A stretch of 64,000 nucleotides of DNA from Lama guanicoe. Taxonomy: Eukaryota. The notes beneath the pieces are model-generated. The model was not told the origin of the DNA. It made no database searches and saw only the letters and a list, made by a program, of their open reading frames with translations. The position numbers were made by a program, and so were the translations under genes. Shown here piece by piece: positions 12,645 to 26,489 of the stretch (the stretch's first letter is position 1; every line of letters starts with the position of its first letter). Location of the stretch: assembly GCA_013239625.1 (NCBI GenBank), contig MU054212.1, positions 9,162,898 through 9,226,897 on the forward strand, in the 5' to 3' direction.

Positions 12645-12875
12645 GCAGTGGTCTTCAACAAGAAGTGTTTTTGTCCCTCGGGGACATTTGGCAATGCCGT
12701 GACACACGTTTGGTTGGCATAACTGGGGTGGAGGGTGCTCTCGGCATCTGGTGGGTGAGTTCAGGGATGCTGCTAAATATTCTGCATGGAAAAGGACAGC
12801 CCCCCTAACCTGCCCACCCAACAAAATGTTATCTGTTCTATAATGTCAATAGTGCTGAATCCGAGAAAGCCCTCT
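12645..12875. mobile_element. MER20 hAT-Charlie element
   Basis: cagtggtcttcaac...ggggacatttggcaatg...ggcatctggtgggtgag...ggatgctgctaaata...aatgtcaatagtgctga. Confidence 0.88.
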
Positions 12876-14464
12876 GAACGGGAAGGCAAATGATTGGCTG
12901 TAATTTTCACCTCCTTCCTGGGAACCATGCCAAGGGAGGGAGTCTTTTGACTCTTGGAAGGGGGTTAGCTTTCTTGAACTCTTTGGACCTACCTTGAATA
13001 CTCATGTGCCTGGGTCAAAATAGATTTTTTTTTGGAGAATATAATTTTTAAATTTCTGGGCTACTACTTGGATAGTACAGTAGAGTCCCTTTTTTGGTTT
13101 TATTTTGGGTTTGTTTTAACCCCATTTAGCCAAGTTTTGCATGTCTCATTCTCAGGGAATATGCTGAACTCTCTTTGGGAACCAAAGGTTTGACTAAATC
13201 TCATGCTTTTCTCAGTAACCAAAATGGCCAGGGTATCCAGTTCTAAACAGCTTCATGTCTGTCACGTTCCAAAAAAAAAAAATTGACATAATGGAATGTG
13301 ACACCAGCATAAACAAAATGGCAGGACAGAACAATGGTTATATAACAGAAGGCGTGCCAGTGTGCAGCCAGGCTTGATGGGAGAACGAGGAACAAGGGGA
13401 CAAGCTCACTAGAGCTGCCTCTGTCCACCCAGAGTTCCCATATGTTCAGGGGGAGTTGAGAACTCCGCACTGAGGAGCAGCCGTGGACACCCTCCTCTGG
13501 GCTTGTGGTGTCATCTGCTGATGGTCAAAAAGTGAAAAAGTGCAATTCAAGAATTGCTGTTTTGTCCATGGGGGTTAGATGAGGGATAAAAATAAGGAAA
13601 AGAGGCTTAATGTGATGCATGAGAGAATTCAGTCAAGGGTAAAACACATTCTTTGCCTGAATCCAGCCCAATTTTCCAAACTATAGCATGAATTAAATTA
13701 ATGGCAGTATTAAGTCACTCTACTTGGGCTGGTCTGCTAGGCAGCAGTAGATAACTGATATACCATATATTAGTATTTATTTCAAATCATGACTAATTTC
13801 CTCCAACTGTTGTAAGTTTCCCAAGTCAAAACTGGTTATTTTTTTCCCTTCTTTTAACAAATCTGGTCTAAGCAAGAAAAAAAAGAGGCTTAATATATGT
13901 TGCTTAGAAGTTCTCATTCTAATAAACTGAAAGTGATAAGAAAGTAAACAGCCTGATGGAGCGTCTAGGGTTGTGGCCAGGCCTGGAGCTTGCAGCTGGG
14001 TGGGGGGAGGATGGGATGCAGCAGTTTGACCTACAGACATGCCTGACCCTCAAGCAACAGAGAGAACATGTGGCCTGGCCTTGTGGTCCTAGAGAAGGGA
14101 AACCAGGAGGGACCAAGCCTGGATGGGCCACAGGTCCCGGGGGCTGATCAGTGGGTAGCTCGCCCACCTGCCCTGCAGGGAGGAGTCCAGCGGGTTATGG
14201 GTGGGGGCGGAGTGCGGGCACCAGCAGCAGAAGCTCAGTCCATGCCTGGTGGTGGAGGTCACGGATCCTCGGGAGCAGAGAAACCCTCAGTCTGCACACA
14301 TTCTCGCCAGCCTGGCATCTGGCGTCACTGCAGTACAGGACATAGAGTGGAGGTGCTTGGCTCCACCACTCAGAGCCATGGGTCAGTTTAGAGATGGCCC
14401 CTGGCACATAGTGGGCACAGGATAAAAAGCAACTCTTTATGTTCTCAAATGACATCCTGAGCCC

Positions 14465-14680
14465 TTAGTTGTCTGCCAGGCATTATGCTAAGGACGTCAG
14501 TGTACTAGCTCCATCTTTCACTGGTACCCCATGAGGCAGGCACTATTACTGTCTCCATGTGACAGGAGGAGAAACTGAGGCACAGGGCATTGAAGTCACT
14601 TGTCCAGAGTCCCACAGCTAATATACGTGGAGCTGGGTTTAGAGGTCAAGTGGTCTGGATCCAGAGTCTCTGCCCTTCAC
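14465..14680 (-). mobile_element. MIR SINE
   Basis: Core gaggagaaactgaggcacaggg...aagtcacttgtccagagtcccacagcta. Confidence 0.8.
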
Positions 14681-14789
14681 AGTTTTGTTAAACTACCTTT
14701 TTTTCCCCTCTCTGTGATTCTGCAGACATAAAACAAATATACTGTGTACTTGGCAATTATTAAGCAATTATCAAAAACGTGTTGCCATT

Positions 14790-15570
14790 CTCCTATATTA
14801 TTCCTTCTAGATTTTTTGTTGATACATTTAAAAAAATTATTGCTTAGTATTCTAAGACTGTACCATAATACCTTAATGCCTTGATTCATTTTGCTATGGT
14901 TTGATCTCAGTTTTTTTCCCTAATAAACTTTCTGTAATGAACATACACACATACACATACACACACATATGTTTTGCACATGTATTAGCATTCTTTAAGG
15001 AGAGATTCTAATTCTCTGGAATTCTAGATTATAGGACACTTACATTTTATATTACATTAACTATTGGTGTCAACCACATTGCTCTCTAAAAGGCCATATC
15101 AATTTTGCTGTTCCACCATCAGCCTATGATTGACCATTTTCCCATGTCATCACCAGCATTGGATGTTAAGTGTTTTTCAGAAGTTTTGTACTTTTCAAAA
15201 GTGCAGTGTGGTGCTTCAGTATTTTAATATGCACTTTTAATTGCTGCTGAGATTGTTCATCTCTCATTGCTTCATTGGCTGTTGACATTTCCTTTCCTGA
15301 GTATTCTCTGTTTACATCCTTGGCTCACTTGTATCCTGAATGGTTGGTCTGCTTTAATTGATGGATAGCTAGTCTATTTTTGATATGGAAAATCTCTGAT
15401 GCAAAAGCAGAGAGAATATAAGTATTCTGATACTGACTTTTGGACAACTGTGTCACATGTATTTTTCTCCCTATATTTTAACTATCTTTGAAGTTAATTT
15501 ATGGCATCTCTTGATGTATGCATGAAATATATTGTTATAGTGTCCAATCTGTTCATCTTTCCCTGTGTAG
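14790..15570 (-). mobile_element. Ancient L1 (L1ME-like) fragment
   Basis: Antisense L1 text: ccacattgctctc...ttccaccatcagc...caccagcattggatgtt...gttttaatatgcact...gagattgttcatct. Confidence 0.65.
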
Positions 15571-15709
15571 CCTCTTAGGTGTCATGCTTACTCAGGAAAC
15601 TGTGTCCTCTTTCTAACTGCAGCCTCTCAGTGTTGTTCTGGGAGAATTCTCTGCTCTTCTCCCTTCACTGTCCAGGAGGTGAGTAGTTGTAGCCTAGTGA
15701 TAGCAGGAG

Positions 15710-15925
15710 CCAGCATTCATGGAGCACGTGCTTTATGGTGGCTGTTGTGTTAAGCAAATTTACATGTCTTGTGAATTCCATGAAGAATGTAGCATCTACC
15801 CATTTAACAGATGATGAAGCTGAGGCACGGAGAGTTTAAAGAACTTGCTCCAGATCTCAGCAGTGGTAGTTGGCACAGCTGGGTTTGAACCCATACCAGA
15901 CAGCCCTAGTCCAGAGTCTACACTC
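15710..15925 (-). mobile_element. MIR SINE
   Basis: cccatttaacagatgatgaagctgaggcacggagagtttaa...cttgctc...ctgggtttgaaccc. Confidence 0.82.
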
Positions 15926-16812
15926 AGAGTCAGACATCCCTGGAACTAGTCTCTGAATCTGTAGAACGTGTTTTGTAGTAACAAGCTTTTCTCTTTTTGG
16001 GATGAATTCAATTTGTTGAGAAAGCCAAAAATCATTTAGAGCGAGTGTTTGCTGGAGCTTGGTAATCCTAGTGAGCTGTGTTGTTTATAGATTTTGATCC
16101 GGGATAATCATGCTGATTCTCTTGTTGTTCTCCTAAGCTGGTACCGAGGACAGTGCCTAACAGGGAGTTCCGAAACTGCTCAGAGTAATAACCATGGCAC
16201 TGGAATGAGCCTTTGCAGTTAATCATGACTAACCGGCTGTGATCTCGGTGATGGGGGCAGGAGAGAAGGAAGGTATAGAGAACAAGAACTCACGGCTGAG
16301 AAGAAGGCACAGCTAACTGTCCGTTCTCAGAGGCCCAGCTGTCCTCAGCTTCTGGGGGCTCGCACCTGACGTGCACCGATTAATGACCCAGTGGGTGATG
16401 GGAGGAGGGGCCCAAGCCTTGGGGCTCAGCCTCTGGGGTGGGAGCTGGAGGGAGGCAACTGGAAAGAATGTGGTTTTCTATTTCCCTGCAGGGGTAGGAA
16501 GGGGTGTTGGCACCTCTCCACCCGCCACGGGAGCCAGTGGGCAACTGGGGGAGCCTCACTGTGAAACCATGCAGTGTGGGTGACCCCATCTTCCTGCATT
16601 TGGACAGAAGGGAGACATGTTTGGACGCTGAGTTCCAGGGAAGTGCCTTGCTCTCTGGTTGGTCTCACAACGTGTCCACGGGGCTTACAGATTTCATTCC
16701 CCCGCTGGCTGCAGGATCTGCAGCAGAGAGTAGCCCTAGCTCTGTCTTTCTGGGAGGTAGTTGGCAATGAACAACGGATTTGCAAGCAAAAAACGTATTA
16801 TGTAACTAGCAA

Positions 16813-17338
16813 TATTGCCAAGTCCAAGCTTGCCATACGACAGGCCAGTAGATCGAGACGGGGTATTTGAGAAAGAAATAGTGACTTTTTTTGGAAAGCC
16901 AGCAGACGGAGAAGATCATGGACTAGTGTCCAAAGAACCATCCTACCTGAGTTAAAGTACAGGCTTCTTTTAAGCTAAAAGGGGAGAGGTTGGGGCTGGT
17001 TGTTGCAGACTTCTTGGTGCCAGTGAGACAGAGGGGACATGATAACCCTTTGTTCTTACAGCTGTCCACGTAGGTCTGGTCATGGTGTCCCTGTAAACCT
17101 CCAGCAAGACAAATGTCACTCTCTCTGTTCTGCAACTCTTTATCTCTATATGAATTGAAAATGTATACTTTTAAAGGTACACCTTTGAGAATGGGCACTC
17201 ATGTATATTTCAGGCTATAGACAATTTCTTTTACAAAAGGTGCAGAGTCAGCATGACTAAGCACAGGCAACTGAGCGTAGAGGTTGGAGCTAAAGGAACA
17301 GATCCAACATGGAGTCACGTTCGTTCTTCTCTGTTACT
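16813..17338 (-). mobile_element. ERV1-class solo LTR (MER41/LTR39-like, laurasiatherian or artiodactyl)
   Basis: Reverse strand starts agtaacagagaagaacgaacgtgactccatgttggatctg and ends gcttggacttggcaata, resembling ERV1 LTR termini; about 525 bp. Confidence 0.7.
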
Positions 17339-18229
17339 GTAGGTGTTGTATAAAGGGTGTTAACCCACACAACTGATGACTCAGGTGACCTTAGTCCTGG
17401 CTCCCCGGGGAGGGTTGGCCAAGTGCAGTACAGGAGCAGCCACTGAGGCTGTTGAGGGCACGGGCATGGTTCCCGCCGCCACAGTCCTCTCTTCTTCTCC
17501 AGGCTTGGCCTTAGTCTCCTCCGCCTCAACCTCAGGGTGATGGTGCCTCTTTAATAGAGTGGTGGGTACGGGAGTCCGGGGAGGCAGCACAAACGTGTGC
17601 TTAGCTTCATGTTGTTATTATAGTTACTCCATGCCCTGGAGCTTTCCCGGATATTGTTCTCATAAAGCAGGCGATTGTTCAGTGAATATGGACGTGAACT
17701 GGAGGGAAGAGTCTGAGCACTGGCGTAAACATGCTAGAGGATTTCACAACAACTAGATTAACAACCGCTGGTACCACGAGCGGCAAGTAGCTACTTGGGA
17801 AGATTTATCTGACGGTGATGATTCGTTATGAATGGGATTCACCAACAAGGAATGTGACCTCCTCGGCTGGGTATGATTAAAATACAGCCAGCAATTGAGG
17901 TTTACCATTTAAAGTCCAAGAAGCTGTTACTGGTTTCCTGGGTATCGAACAGCAAAGGGTGGATAAGAGGGGAGATCACAGGGGTTGGGGGGTGAGACGG
18001 GGGCAGGGAAAAGAGCAAGAGCTTAGAATTGAGAGAACCTACACCGAGAAAGGACAGAAGCCAAAGGCACGAGGAGGAAGTCCCTTTGCAAAGCTCCTTC
18101 TGGTTTCTGGGGCAGGACTTCTGATTTCTCAAAGAGTCACTGTGACCAGATTGTAGATGTCTTTGGGGTTTGTACTTGGCCGAATAGAATTTGGGAATTG
18201 TTCTAGATTCTGAAGAAAATGGCAAAATG

Positions 18230-18750
18230 TTACCTTTAAAACCGAACAGAGCTACTGATGAATTCCACATGAGAAAGTGGGATTGGGGTTGTATTTCAGT
18301 AAGACTGCTCTGGGGACATCACGGCGAGTGTGATGGAGGAGAGCCAACAGACAGGGAGTGTGGTGAGGTCTGAGCGACAGTCAGGAGAGAGGTGGGGAGG
18401 CCCAACTCAGGCAGTGGTGAGGAGAATGGCAAGTAGGAGGAGGTGATGAGATACAGGTGGACACCATTTGTAGGACGGTGACTGGACTGTGTGGTGAGAA
18501 AGAGGAAGGAGCCTGGGGTGACCCCCAGGCCACCACTAACTGAGGATCATGGGATGGCTATAAGGTCCCTGAGTCAGCTTGGGGCATTTTACATTTGAAG
18601 CGTCTGGATCACAGATAGAACTTCCCACAGGCAGTTGGACAGACACTTCTGGAACCCAGGCACCTCCAGGTGAGGGCTGAAGCCTAGGCGAAAACAAACC
18701 AAGTGAGGAGAGAAGCGGATGGACAATGTACAGAATTGTCATTTCCTGAA
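18230..18750. mobile_element. L2 fragment(s), degenerate
   Basis: Purine-rich L2-like text (ggcagtggtgaggaga...gactggactgtgtggtgagaaagaggaaggag...tttgaagcgtc...caggcagttggac). Confidence 0.6.
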
Positions 18751-19729
18751 ATTGACACTGAGAAATCCACTTACTTCCCAAGTCAATGAACCTTGAAATT
18801 GGTTGTCTTCAAATGTGAATGCTTCTCAAGCGAGAGTGGCTTTACTTGGTGTGGTGTTTCAGGAAGAGACAAGCCCTTTACTGTGGGAGTGGTGAACACA
18901 CTTCAAAGAGAAGGAAAGGTTCTTGTTTCTAGAACCTCTTGCCCTCATCCTTTGCAGTCGCCCTGTTTCCTATGATACGCACCTTCCCATCCATGTCCTG
19001 ACCGTTCACAGCCCTTTCTGGTAGAGTTGGTTTTGTTGGGAGCTCATGCAAGTGGTCCTTTTAGAGAACAAGCATCTCTCTTTATATCCTGTGCAATTCC
19101 CAGAACCCCTCTGGAAATGGAGCAGGGGCTTTCTAAATGATGACTACACTGAGCTGATTAAATCCAATCATGAGAGGAGCAATGAGATTGTCTCTGACAA
19201 GGGTCTGTAGAGGGAGCCGGGTAATAACTCTTCAGTAATGAAGGTTGTATGTAAAGCCCTCGAAATGTAAGCTGAAGAGGTCAAATCTGACATGGCCAAG
19301 AAGGAGCTTATAGTGGGCAAATGTGATGCTGGTGAAACATTTTGCAAGAGGCCCTGGAAATTGAAGAGGAGAGACCCAAAGAAAGAGAGGTCTGGCCTAA
19401 TGTCATTCTTGTCTCACACACGTGCTCAGTGAGCTGACAGTGATCACAAAAGCATAGTATTTATGTTGAAAAAAACATTTATTTCTAAGCGAGACTGATC
19501 AGAATTAACATGGGCTGTAGTTGTGGTCCACATCAAGGTGTCATTGATTCTCCCCTCGGTGGAATGGGGCCTTGGTGAGATGGGCAAGGAATGAGAGCTG
19601 GCAGACTCCCTGTATACCTGAATACAGGAAAAGAATCTGAAGGGAGGAAAGATGAATGAATAGCTTCTTCCAACCCTTAAAGAGAAGAGGCATTTATTTC
19701 CAGCCACAAAGAGATGACCGTAGCAGAGG

Positions 19730-19960
19730 TAGCAGAGCATCATGGTTAGGAGCTTGGATGCTAGAGTTGGACTACCTGGGTTCAGGTCCCGGCTTATAGC
19801 TCTGTGACTCTGGGCAAAGTCCGTAACCTCTCTGTGCCTCAGCTCCTCAGCCGTGAAGGGGGCAATAATGGTACCTACCTCAGCAGTTCCTACAAGGAGT
19901 TAAGGAGTGAACCTTGTAACCTTTGTACAAGAGTACCCAGAACCGAGTTTGTTAAATAAC
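19730..19960 (+). mobile_element. MIR SINE
   Basis: tggttaggagcttgg...cctgggttcaggtcc...agctctgtgactctgggcaa...aacctctctgtgcctcag...ataatggtacctacctc. Confidence 0.85.
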
Positions 19961-22900
19961 TAGAATAAATGAGTGACTACAGCCCCTCCCCCCATCCCAG
20001 TGTCTGCTGTCCCTGGAGAGACCCAGGGAGGCAGTGCCAAGCCAAGAAGAGGGAAGCCTACCCTTAGAATGCAAGGAAGCCTGGGCACATTTGGGACGTG
20101 CATCTGCGGCCCACACTCCTTCGGAGCATCCTGGCAGAGCATGCTTCCCAGAGACACAATAGCTCTGTGAGGAATTCAGAGACAATTAATCACCCTTCAG
20201 GAATACTCAGTTACAGTATTCACATTTGCCCCAGAGAAATCATTTCATTCCTGAGGTTTTCTTTTTCCAGTCACGCAGTTCTGGTTTTATAAACATGAAA
20301 TTAAACATTGACTAGAGATGAGCACCCCCCACCCCCCGAGAAAGTGGCCCGTCAGGGCCTGCTGTGTGCCAGCCTTTGTCTCTAGAGGTCTTGGGACGGG
20401 ACACGGGGAGCGTGTGGAGGATGTTGTGGCTTCATGCCAATGGCCGGCCTTCCGCAGTGAAGCGAATACTGACTTATTGGACTTGAGAAGGTATTTTTTT
20501 TCTATGCTTATGTCTATATTTTTCACTTGTAACAAGCTTTGTAAAATTAACTTTGAATTAGAAGAGTAAATAATTTTGATTGTGAAAAGGGGAGAAAAAA
20601 AATCACAAAACAGAGATGAAGTGCCTTTGGGTTTGTTAGAACGTGGCTGGGACCCGGGTCCACATCTGTAATCGCTCACGTCCATGAGTGCGTGAGCAAA
20701 CCACCAAATCTCTAGGAGAGAAACCCCGCTGCTGAGCACGTTACATCACCGTAACCTTAGAGCGACAGACTTCTTAGTCAGTCCTGACATTCTGTGAACT
20801 TTGAGATAATGACTACCGTCCTGAGTTTGTTGAGGCAAGAAAAGCAGCTAAAGGAGAGCACATGCCTTGTTTCTTTCATTCCTTGTTCCTTTCATTCCTT
20901 GTTCCCTCAGCCTGTATTTGGGGATGCAGTGGTAAGCATGACCCTCATGAAGCTTCCAGCCGCCCAAGACAAGGTGCACATAAATATTGTAGCAAGTAAA
21001 GGTGTGTAGCTTTGGAAGAGGGCTTTGAAGGGAGCGAGCGGGGCTGTGTGTAGGCAGCAAGGGTGTAAGGACATGCCCTTGAGGAGAACGTGCATTGTCC
21101 GAGGACATGTGCAGGGGCTGGCATTACGGCATTACTTAGAACAGCAAACTGGGGCAGGCCAGGTAAGGGAAACACGGCATAGCCATAGATGGGATGCAGC
21201 TCACAGCGAAAGAGATGCATCATATCAGAAGTACCAGCATCCCGGCCACACTTGTGGCTGTGTAAAAGGACGTAGAGTAACACATGTTAAAAAGACTACC
21301 CACCGAAGTTATAGCCATGGCTACCTCTGGTCAAGGGGACTTAATTTTTAAAGTAATATTATACTTTTTCAAAGGGAATATGCGTTCTTGTAATTAAATA
21401 TTAATTTTTAAATGATTTCTTTTAAACAGAGGAGAGTGGGATAGGGATGTGGCGGTGGTGGCGGGGGTGGGGGTCCAAAAAGCCTCCTCGGCATTTAGGC
21501 TGAATCCTGAAGGGTGAGAAGGGCTCCCTGGACCGAGGGAAGGCCACGTTCAAGGGCAGAGGGAGGAAAGGGCTTGGTGTACCAAGGTGACAGGAGTATC
21601 GAGAGACAAGGTTATGGAGTGTGGAGGGGACAGAGGTGGCGCGGAGGTGAGATGAGGTCGTGTGGTAAGCGGGTCAAGTCAGGCAGGGCTGTGGAAACCA
21701 GAGGCTGCAGAGTCAGGGTGCTGTTGGTTGTCCCGGGCTCAGCGTGCACATCTTAGGAGGTGCCAGTCTGCCTGGTGGGGACCGGACGGAAGGCGACGGA
21801 GGATGGAGACAGGGACAGTGGGCGGTAGAACCACAGAAACGTTAGTCTGGCCAGTTGTCCAGTTCTCAGGTCTGTTCGGTATCCGTGGCCTGTATTTATG
21901 CTCCTTCTAAACTCTGAGTGTTACAAGGACAATAAACACTTCCCCGTCTAACTTTGGGTTCTCACCATGGAAACATCAGAGCAACAGCTGGGCTCTCTCT
22001 TCATTCTCTTGGTTGGCAAAAATCTTGAGGGAATATATATTTTTTTAATTTGGTAGATAACAAAACTCTATTTCTGAATGAAATCACTGCTTCAGTTGAT
22101 CAGATGTATGTCTTAACCGATTATGATCACTAATTGAAAAATTTCAGATCTCGCCTTGGGCCCTTGGTAACTTTAGAAACAGCCTTAGAGTGAACAGAAA
22201 GTGTGAGTCACTGTGAGGCCAAGTTCAGACTCTGGTTGGAGTATTCGCTGACACAGGGATGTAGGTAGAGCCCAAAGGGGCCCTTTCTCTGTCGTCAATT
22301 TAACACAGTGTTTCTATAAAATATTTTTTTTGTTTAATTATACTATGTCATATGCAGTTTACATGCCTGCCTCTTCTCTAAACCTCTATACAGAAGTTTC
22401 TAACTACTTGCCACAAACCGGTCACAACTGTGTCAAGATTCTGATTCTCCTCAGGGCAACTGGGCAGGTCCAGGGTGACTGGGGTGCTAATCAGGTTCCA
22501 TGGAGCCACATACAGCCTTGTCCGATGCTCTAGTGGGCTGTGCAGATGGTATCATCTTGTCTGTTCCATGTTCAAGGAGGACTGAGAAGCTCACTTCAGG
22601 GCAGTGTTGCTTAGAAGTAATGTGCAGTGACGGTGGAGCAAGGAAACCAAGTCAGATCCTGCTTCAAGTTCATGGCATTCCCTGGCCTGGTAGAGAGGAC
22701 TCTGGCCTGGACATGAGGAGACCGGAGTTCTTATTGGCAGGTTGTGTGATCTTGGCCTCTCTGGACCTCCTCTTTCTTATCTGCAGCATGGGGAGATCTC
22801 TCAGGTCATCTCCCAGTTCTTGCCAATCCTTTCAGTGACCATCCATAGTAAGTGTCTCCATGCTGATCACCATGAGAGGTCCACAGGGCCGAAGAGCTGC

Positions 22901-23689
22901 AACAGGTGGCAGGGACTTACTGGATGTCCCTGGGGGCTGGGGCCACCAGAGACACAGAGCAGCAGGAGTAGCTCCAGGCAGGGAGAATGGCTCCTGCTTG
23001 GACCCCCACGCTGAAATGCCCTCGGTGTTGGGTGGATAACTCAAAAGACTGATTAAGACTGGGGTGGGCAGGTTGATGAGGTGAGAGTGGCAGATGAATT
23101 TGGAGAGACGATAAGGGGTTAGAGTGTTAGCTGTGCAAGTTGGACTTAATCCTAAGGTTAGTGCACATGTGTCAGAGCTGGAGAGTGTCATGGGCAAAAT
23201 GCCATCTTGTCCTCTGGTCAGTTCCTGCTTGGCCTTCTTAGCTTTGCCCCAGCAGCACTATGGACTTCCTGGCACAATTAGATTAATGTCTGCCCCCATC
23301 GCCACAGACTTATAAACTCCAAAGATGAGAACCTCTATTAACCACTCTACCCTAGCACCTTGCATGTAATAGATGCTCAATAAATAGTTCTTGGATAAAT
23401 AGGGAGAGAACTCTTGCCCCATAGTTATACTCCTTTGCTTTTAAAAAATGTTTGTATTGTTACTTATTAGGGGAAATCTCTGAAGCTTCTGCTCAATTTT
23501 ATTATGAACCTAAAACTGCTCTAAAAAATCTATTTTAAGGAGTCTAATTGCTCAGAAATGGATTAATTATAATCCTTGGTTCATGATACATTGGCATCAT
23601 GGGTCTATGTGTGGCCCTCTCCTAATTTGTTTATTTTTATTTAAAATTTACTTATTGATATAAAAAACATTGGTGAGACTGTGGTCTAG

Positions 23690-25060
23690 CTAAAAGCTCG
23701 GAGCATTACCCTTAACTTAATTAATTTAAAAATTCCCACAAAAGTGCAAAGGAACGACTTACACTTTGCAATGTCAAGATGTATCATAAAACTGTAGTAA
23801 TTAAGACAGCAAGTATTCATGCAAAGGTAGAAAAATTGACTAATGGTGAGAAAAAATTCCAGAAGCCCACATGTATCTACCTGATTTATGATAAAAGATG
23901 ATACTGACATGACTGACTGACTGACTCTACTAAATGGTTCTGGGCTGACTGTATATCCGGGGGGGGGATGTATCTGATCCCTGTTTTTATGATACAGAAA
24001 TTATGGGTGGACTGCAAATCTAAATGTGAAAAGTTATACAATAAAGCTTTTAGAGGGACACATACCTTTAAGACCTTGGTGTTAAAAAAAAAACAGAACA
24101 GGGGAAAAAAGACACTAACTGTCAAAGAAAAAAGATAAACAGAATCCCATTAAGATTAAGGACTTAGTTTTATTACAAGACACTGTGGAGCAAATGCAAA
24201 GGCAATGCACGGAGAGAGAAAAGATATTTGCAACCCTTAAATATGACAAAGTACTTGTATTCAAATTATATAAAGAACTTCTATAAATCAAAAAGAAAAG
24301 GCCTGGATTTTTTTCAAAAAGGCAAAGTACTTAGACACTTCAAAAAGAGGATATCTAAATAGACATTTAAAGTATGAAAATATGCCCAATTTCATTAGCC
24401 ACGAAGGAAAACATACTAAAACCTCAACGAGCTATCATCACACCCAGATTAGATGGCAAAATAAAATAGATAAAAATGCCAGATCTTGGCAAGGATATGG
24501 AACAACCAGGATGCTCATATACTATCTATGGGAATATAAAGTCGTCCAGTCATTTTGAAAAACTCACAGTTTCTAATAAAGATGAACTCAAGCATCTTAT
24601 GACCCCCAAATCTCATCCTTAGATGTACAGCGCACAGTACTTTATACATAAGTTCACTAAAAAAGCATACACTGCAATGTCCATAACAGCCCTATTCAGA
24701 ATAACCCCAAACTGAAAAGCACCTGATTTATCAGCAGGAGTAGCATGGATAACTAAATTATAGTGTGTTCATATAAAATACTTACAGCAACAGGAAGAAT
24801 GATCTTCAAGGACGCAGAACAGTGTAGATGAATGTCACAGGTGTAATGTTGAACAAAACAAGCTGCACACAGTATGATTCCTTTTAGATGGAGAATAAAA
24901 TCAGGCAAAGCTCACCTGTGTTATCTGAAAGACGGAAGGGAAGCAATTGGAAGGGCACATTCAAGGAATGCTGGTTATATATGGACGTATCTATTTTGTG
25001 AAACCTCAGTGATTTGTGTACTTTCCTCTATGTATTTTATATTTCAGTCAGAAGAAAAAC
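23690..25060 (+). mobile_element. Old L1 (L1MC/L1ME) ORF2-3'UTR fragment
   Basis: Sense L1 text: ctgtagtaattaagacag, agaaaagatatttgcaacc, cttggcaaggatatggaacaaccagg, ccataacagccctattc, gtatgattcc. Confidence 0.85.
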
Positions 25061-26396
25061 TACAGCTGAAGGACAGTGGGCAAAAGACTTAGAGATCTTG
25101 GCAAAATGATGCCTGTGGTGAGAAATGGTCAGTTCATAATGACTGAAGGCAAGATGGAGCTGGTGGACATTTAGAAAATTGAGGAGGACGCTGTGAGGTT
25201 GCAGAAGATTGTGGAAGGAGCGGAAAGAGAGATTTGGAGGAAGGGGGGCTTGTGATCAGGGGGGAGAAGTTTGGATGTAAGCTTTACAAGGTGGGCCAGT
25301 GCTGTGTGATGGTGAGGTCCAGCGTGTGAGGGGCTGACGTGAAAAAAAAGGTGAAGGTTATTGGAGTTCGGGAGTTTGAATCCCTTTGGCAAGGGATGGA
25401 GACGCCCACACGGCCTTGGGTGGGCGTTCCATTAGACAGTGACATGTCACATGTTGGCAGGACTTCGAGGCCAAAGGAGGCTGATGATTCAGCTGTAAGA
25501 CTCTGTACTTGTTCAGCTGCAAGGCCAAAACCCAAGTTAAACTACCTTATGCAAAAATGAGACTTTATCATCTTCCATTAGTAAAAGCCCAGGGTGGAGC
25601 TTCAAAAGCGTTAGATCCAAGTGTTAAAATTGTCATGGGGACAATTCTCTTCCCCTCCCGCTCTCCCCCACCAGCTCTACTTTTCTGGGTGGGTGTCACT
25701 CACAGGCAGCCTCCTCCACTAGAAGTTGAAGGCAGCTCCAGACCTAGGGTGTCCCTGTACCTTCTCATCACTGAAGGTGCCAGAATTCCCAGGGGTGATG
25801 GATTGACTCTACCTGGACCACGTGTCAACCCTTGAAGTGAGGGTGGATCCACCCCCACCGAAACACACTGACCAAGAATGAGGGAGTGGCATGCAAAAAA
25901 AAAACCCCTCTGTCCAACATGGAGGTTTGGTGCCAGGTCAGCCTGGGCCTCTCTGGTTTCTAACCAAGTTGGGTGCAGCAAAAAGATGAGGACTCTGTCT
26001 GCTGCAGGAGCTGGGCATCACCCAGAATACCCACTGCGTGATTCTGTGTACGGGAGGAAAACCACCCCGGAGGCCTGCCCAAGGCCAGAAGCTTCTCTGA
26101 ATCATGCATGGTGGGGGCATTGGGCAGGCGGGCAGGGTGGTGGTTGCGATGCAGAGGGCAGTAGCATCCAGCCACCTTTCAAAGAGATTTGGCGTGTGCT
26201 GGGTTATTGCACCTCCAGCCCACATTTAAATGTCCGCATCTCAGAACTGTCTTCTCTCTCCTAGCAGATCAAGTGCCAGCTTTCCATTTCGGCCAGCCCA
26301 AGCTGCTCTGCTTCATCTTCCTGTTTGTCTGTAATGCTCATCTCACTTTCCCATCTTGTTTCTGTGTGCATTTCTCTCTTCCTGGCCTGGCCTCAG

Positions 26397-26489
26397 GGTG
26401 GAGGAGGAGGAGGAAGAGGAGCAGCCAATCACGGAGCCCAATTCAGAGGAAGAGAGAGAGGACGATGCCCCGTGTCAGGGCGAGGACAG
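26397..26489 (+). CDS. FHOD3: FHOD3 alternative exon (likely exon 11, muscle/cardiac insert); 93 nt, phase 2-2
   Basis: Long pyrimidine tract ending cctcag|G and donor AG|gtaccg. Encodes acidic VEEEEEEEQPITEPNSEEEREDDAPCQGED. Confidence 0.92.

Noticed and set aside
26398..26460. Acidic run as the known muscle-specific T(D/E)5XE exon of FHOD3
   Set aside because: That CK2-site exon lies at the end of the FH2 domain, downstream of this window; this run belongs to exon 11.
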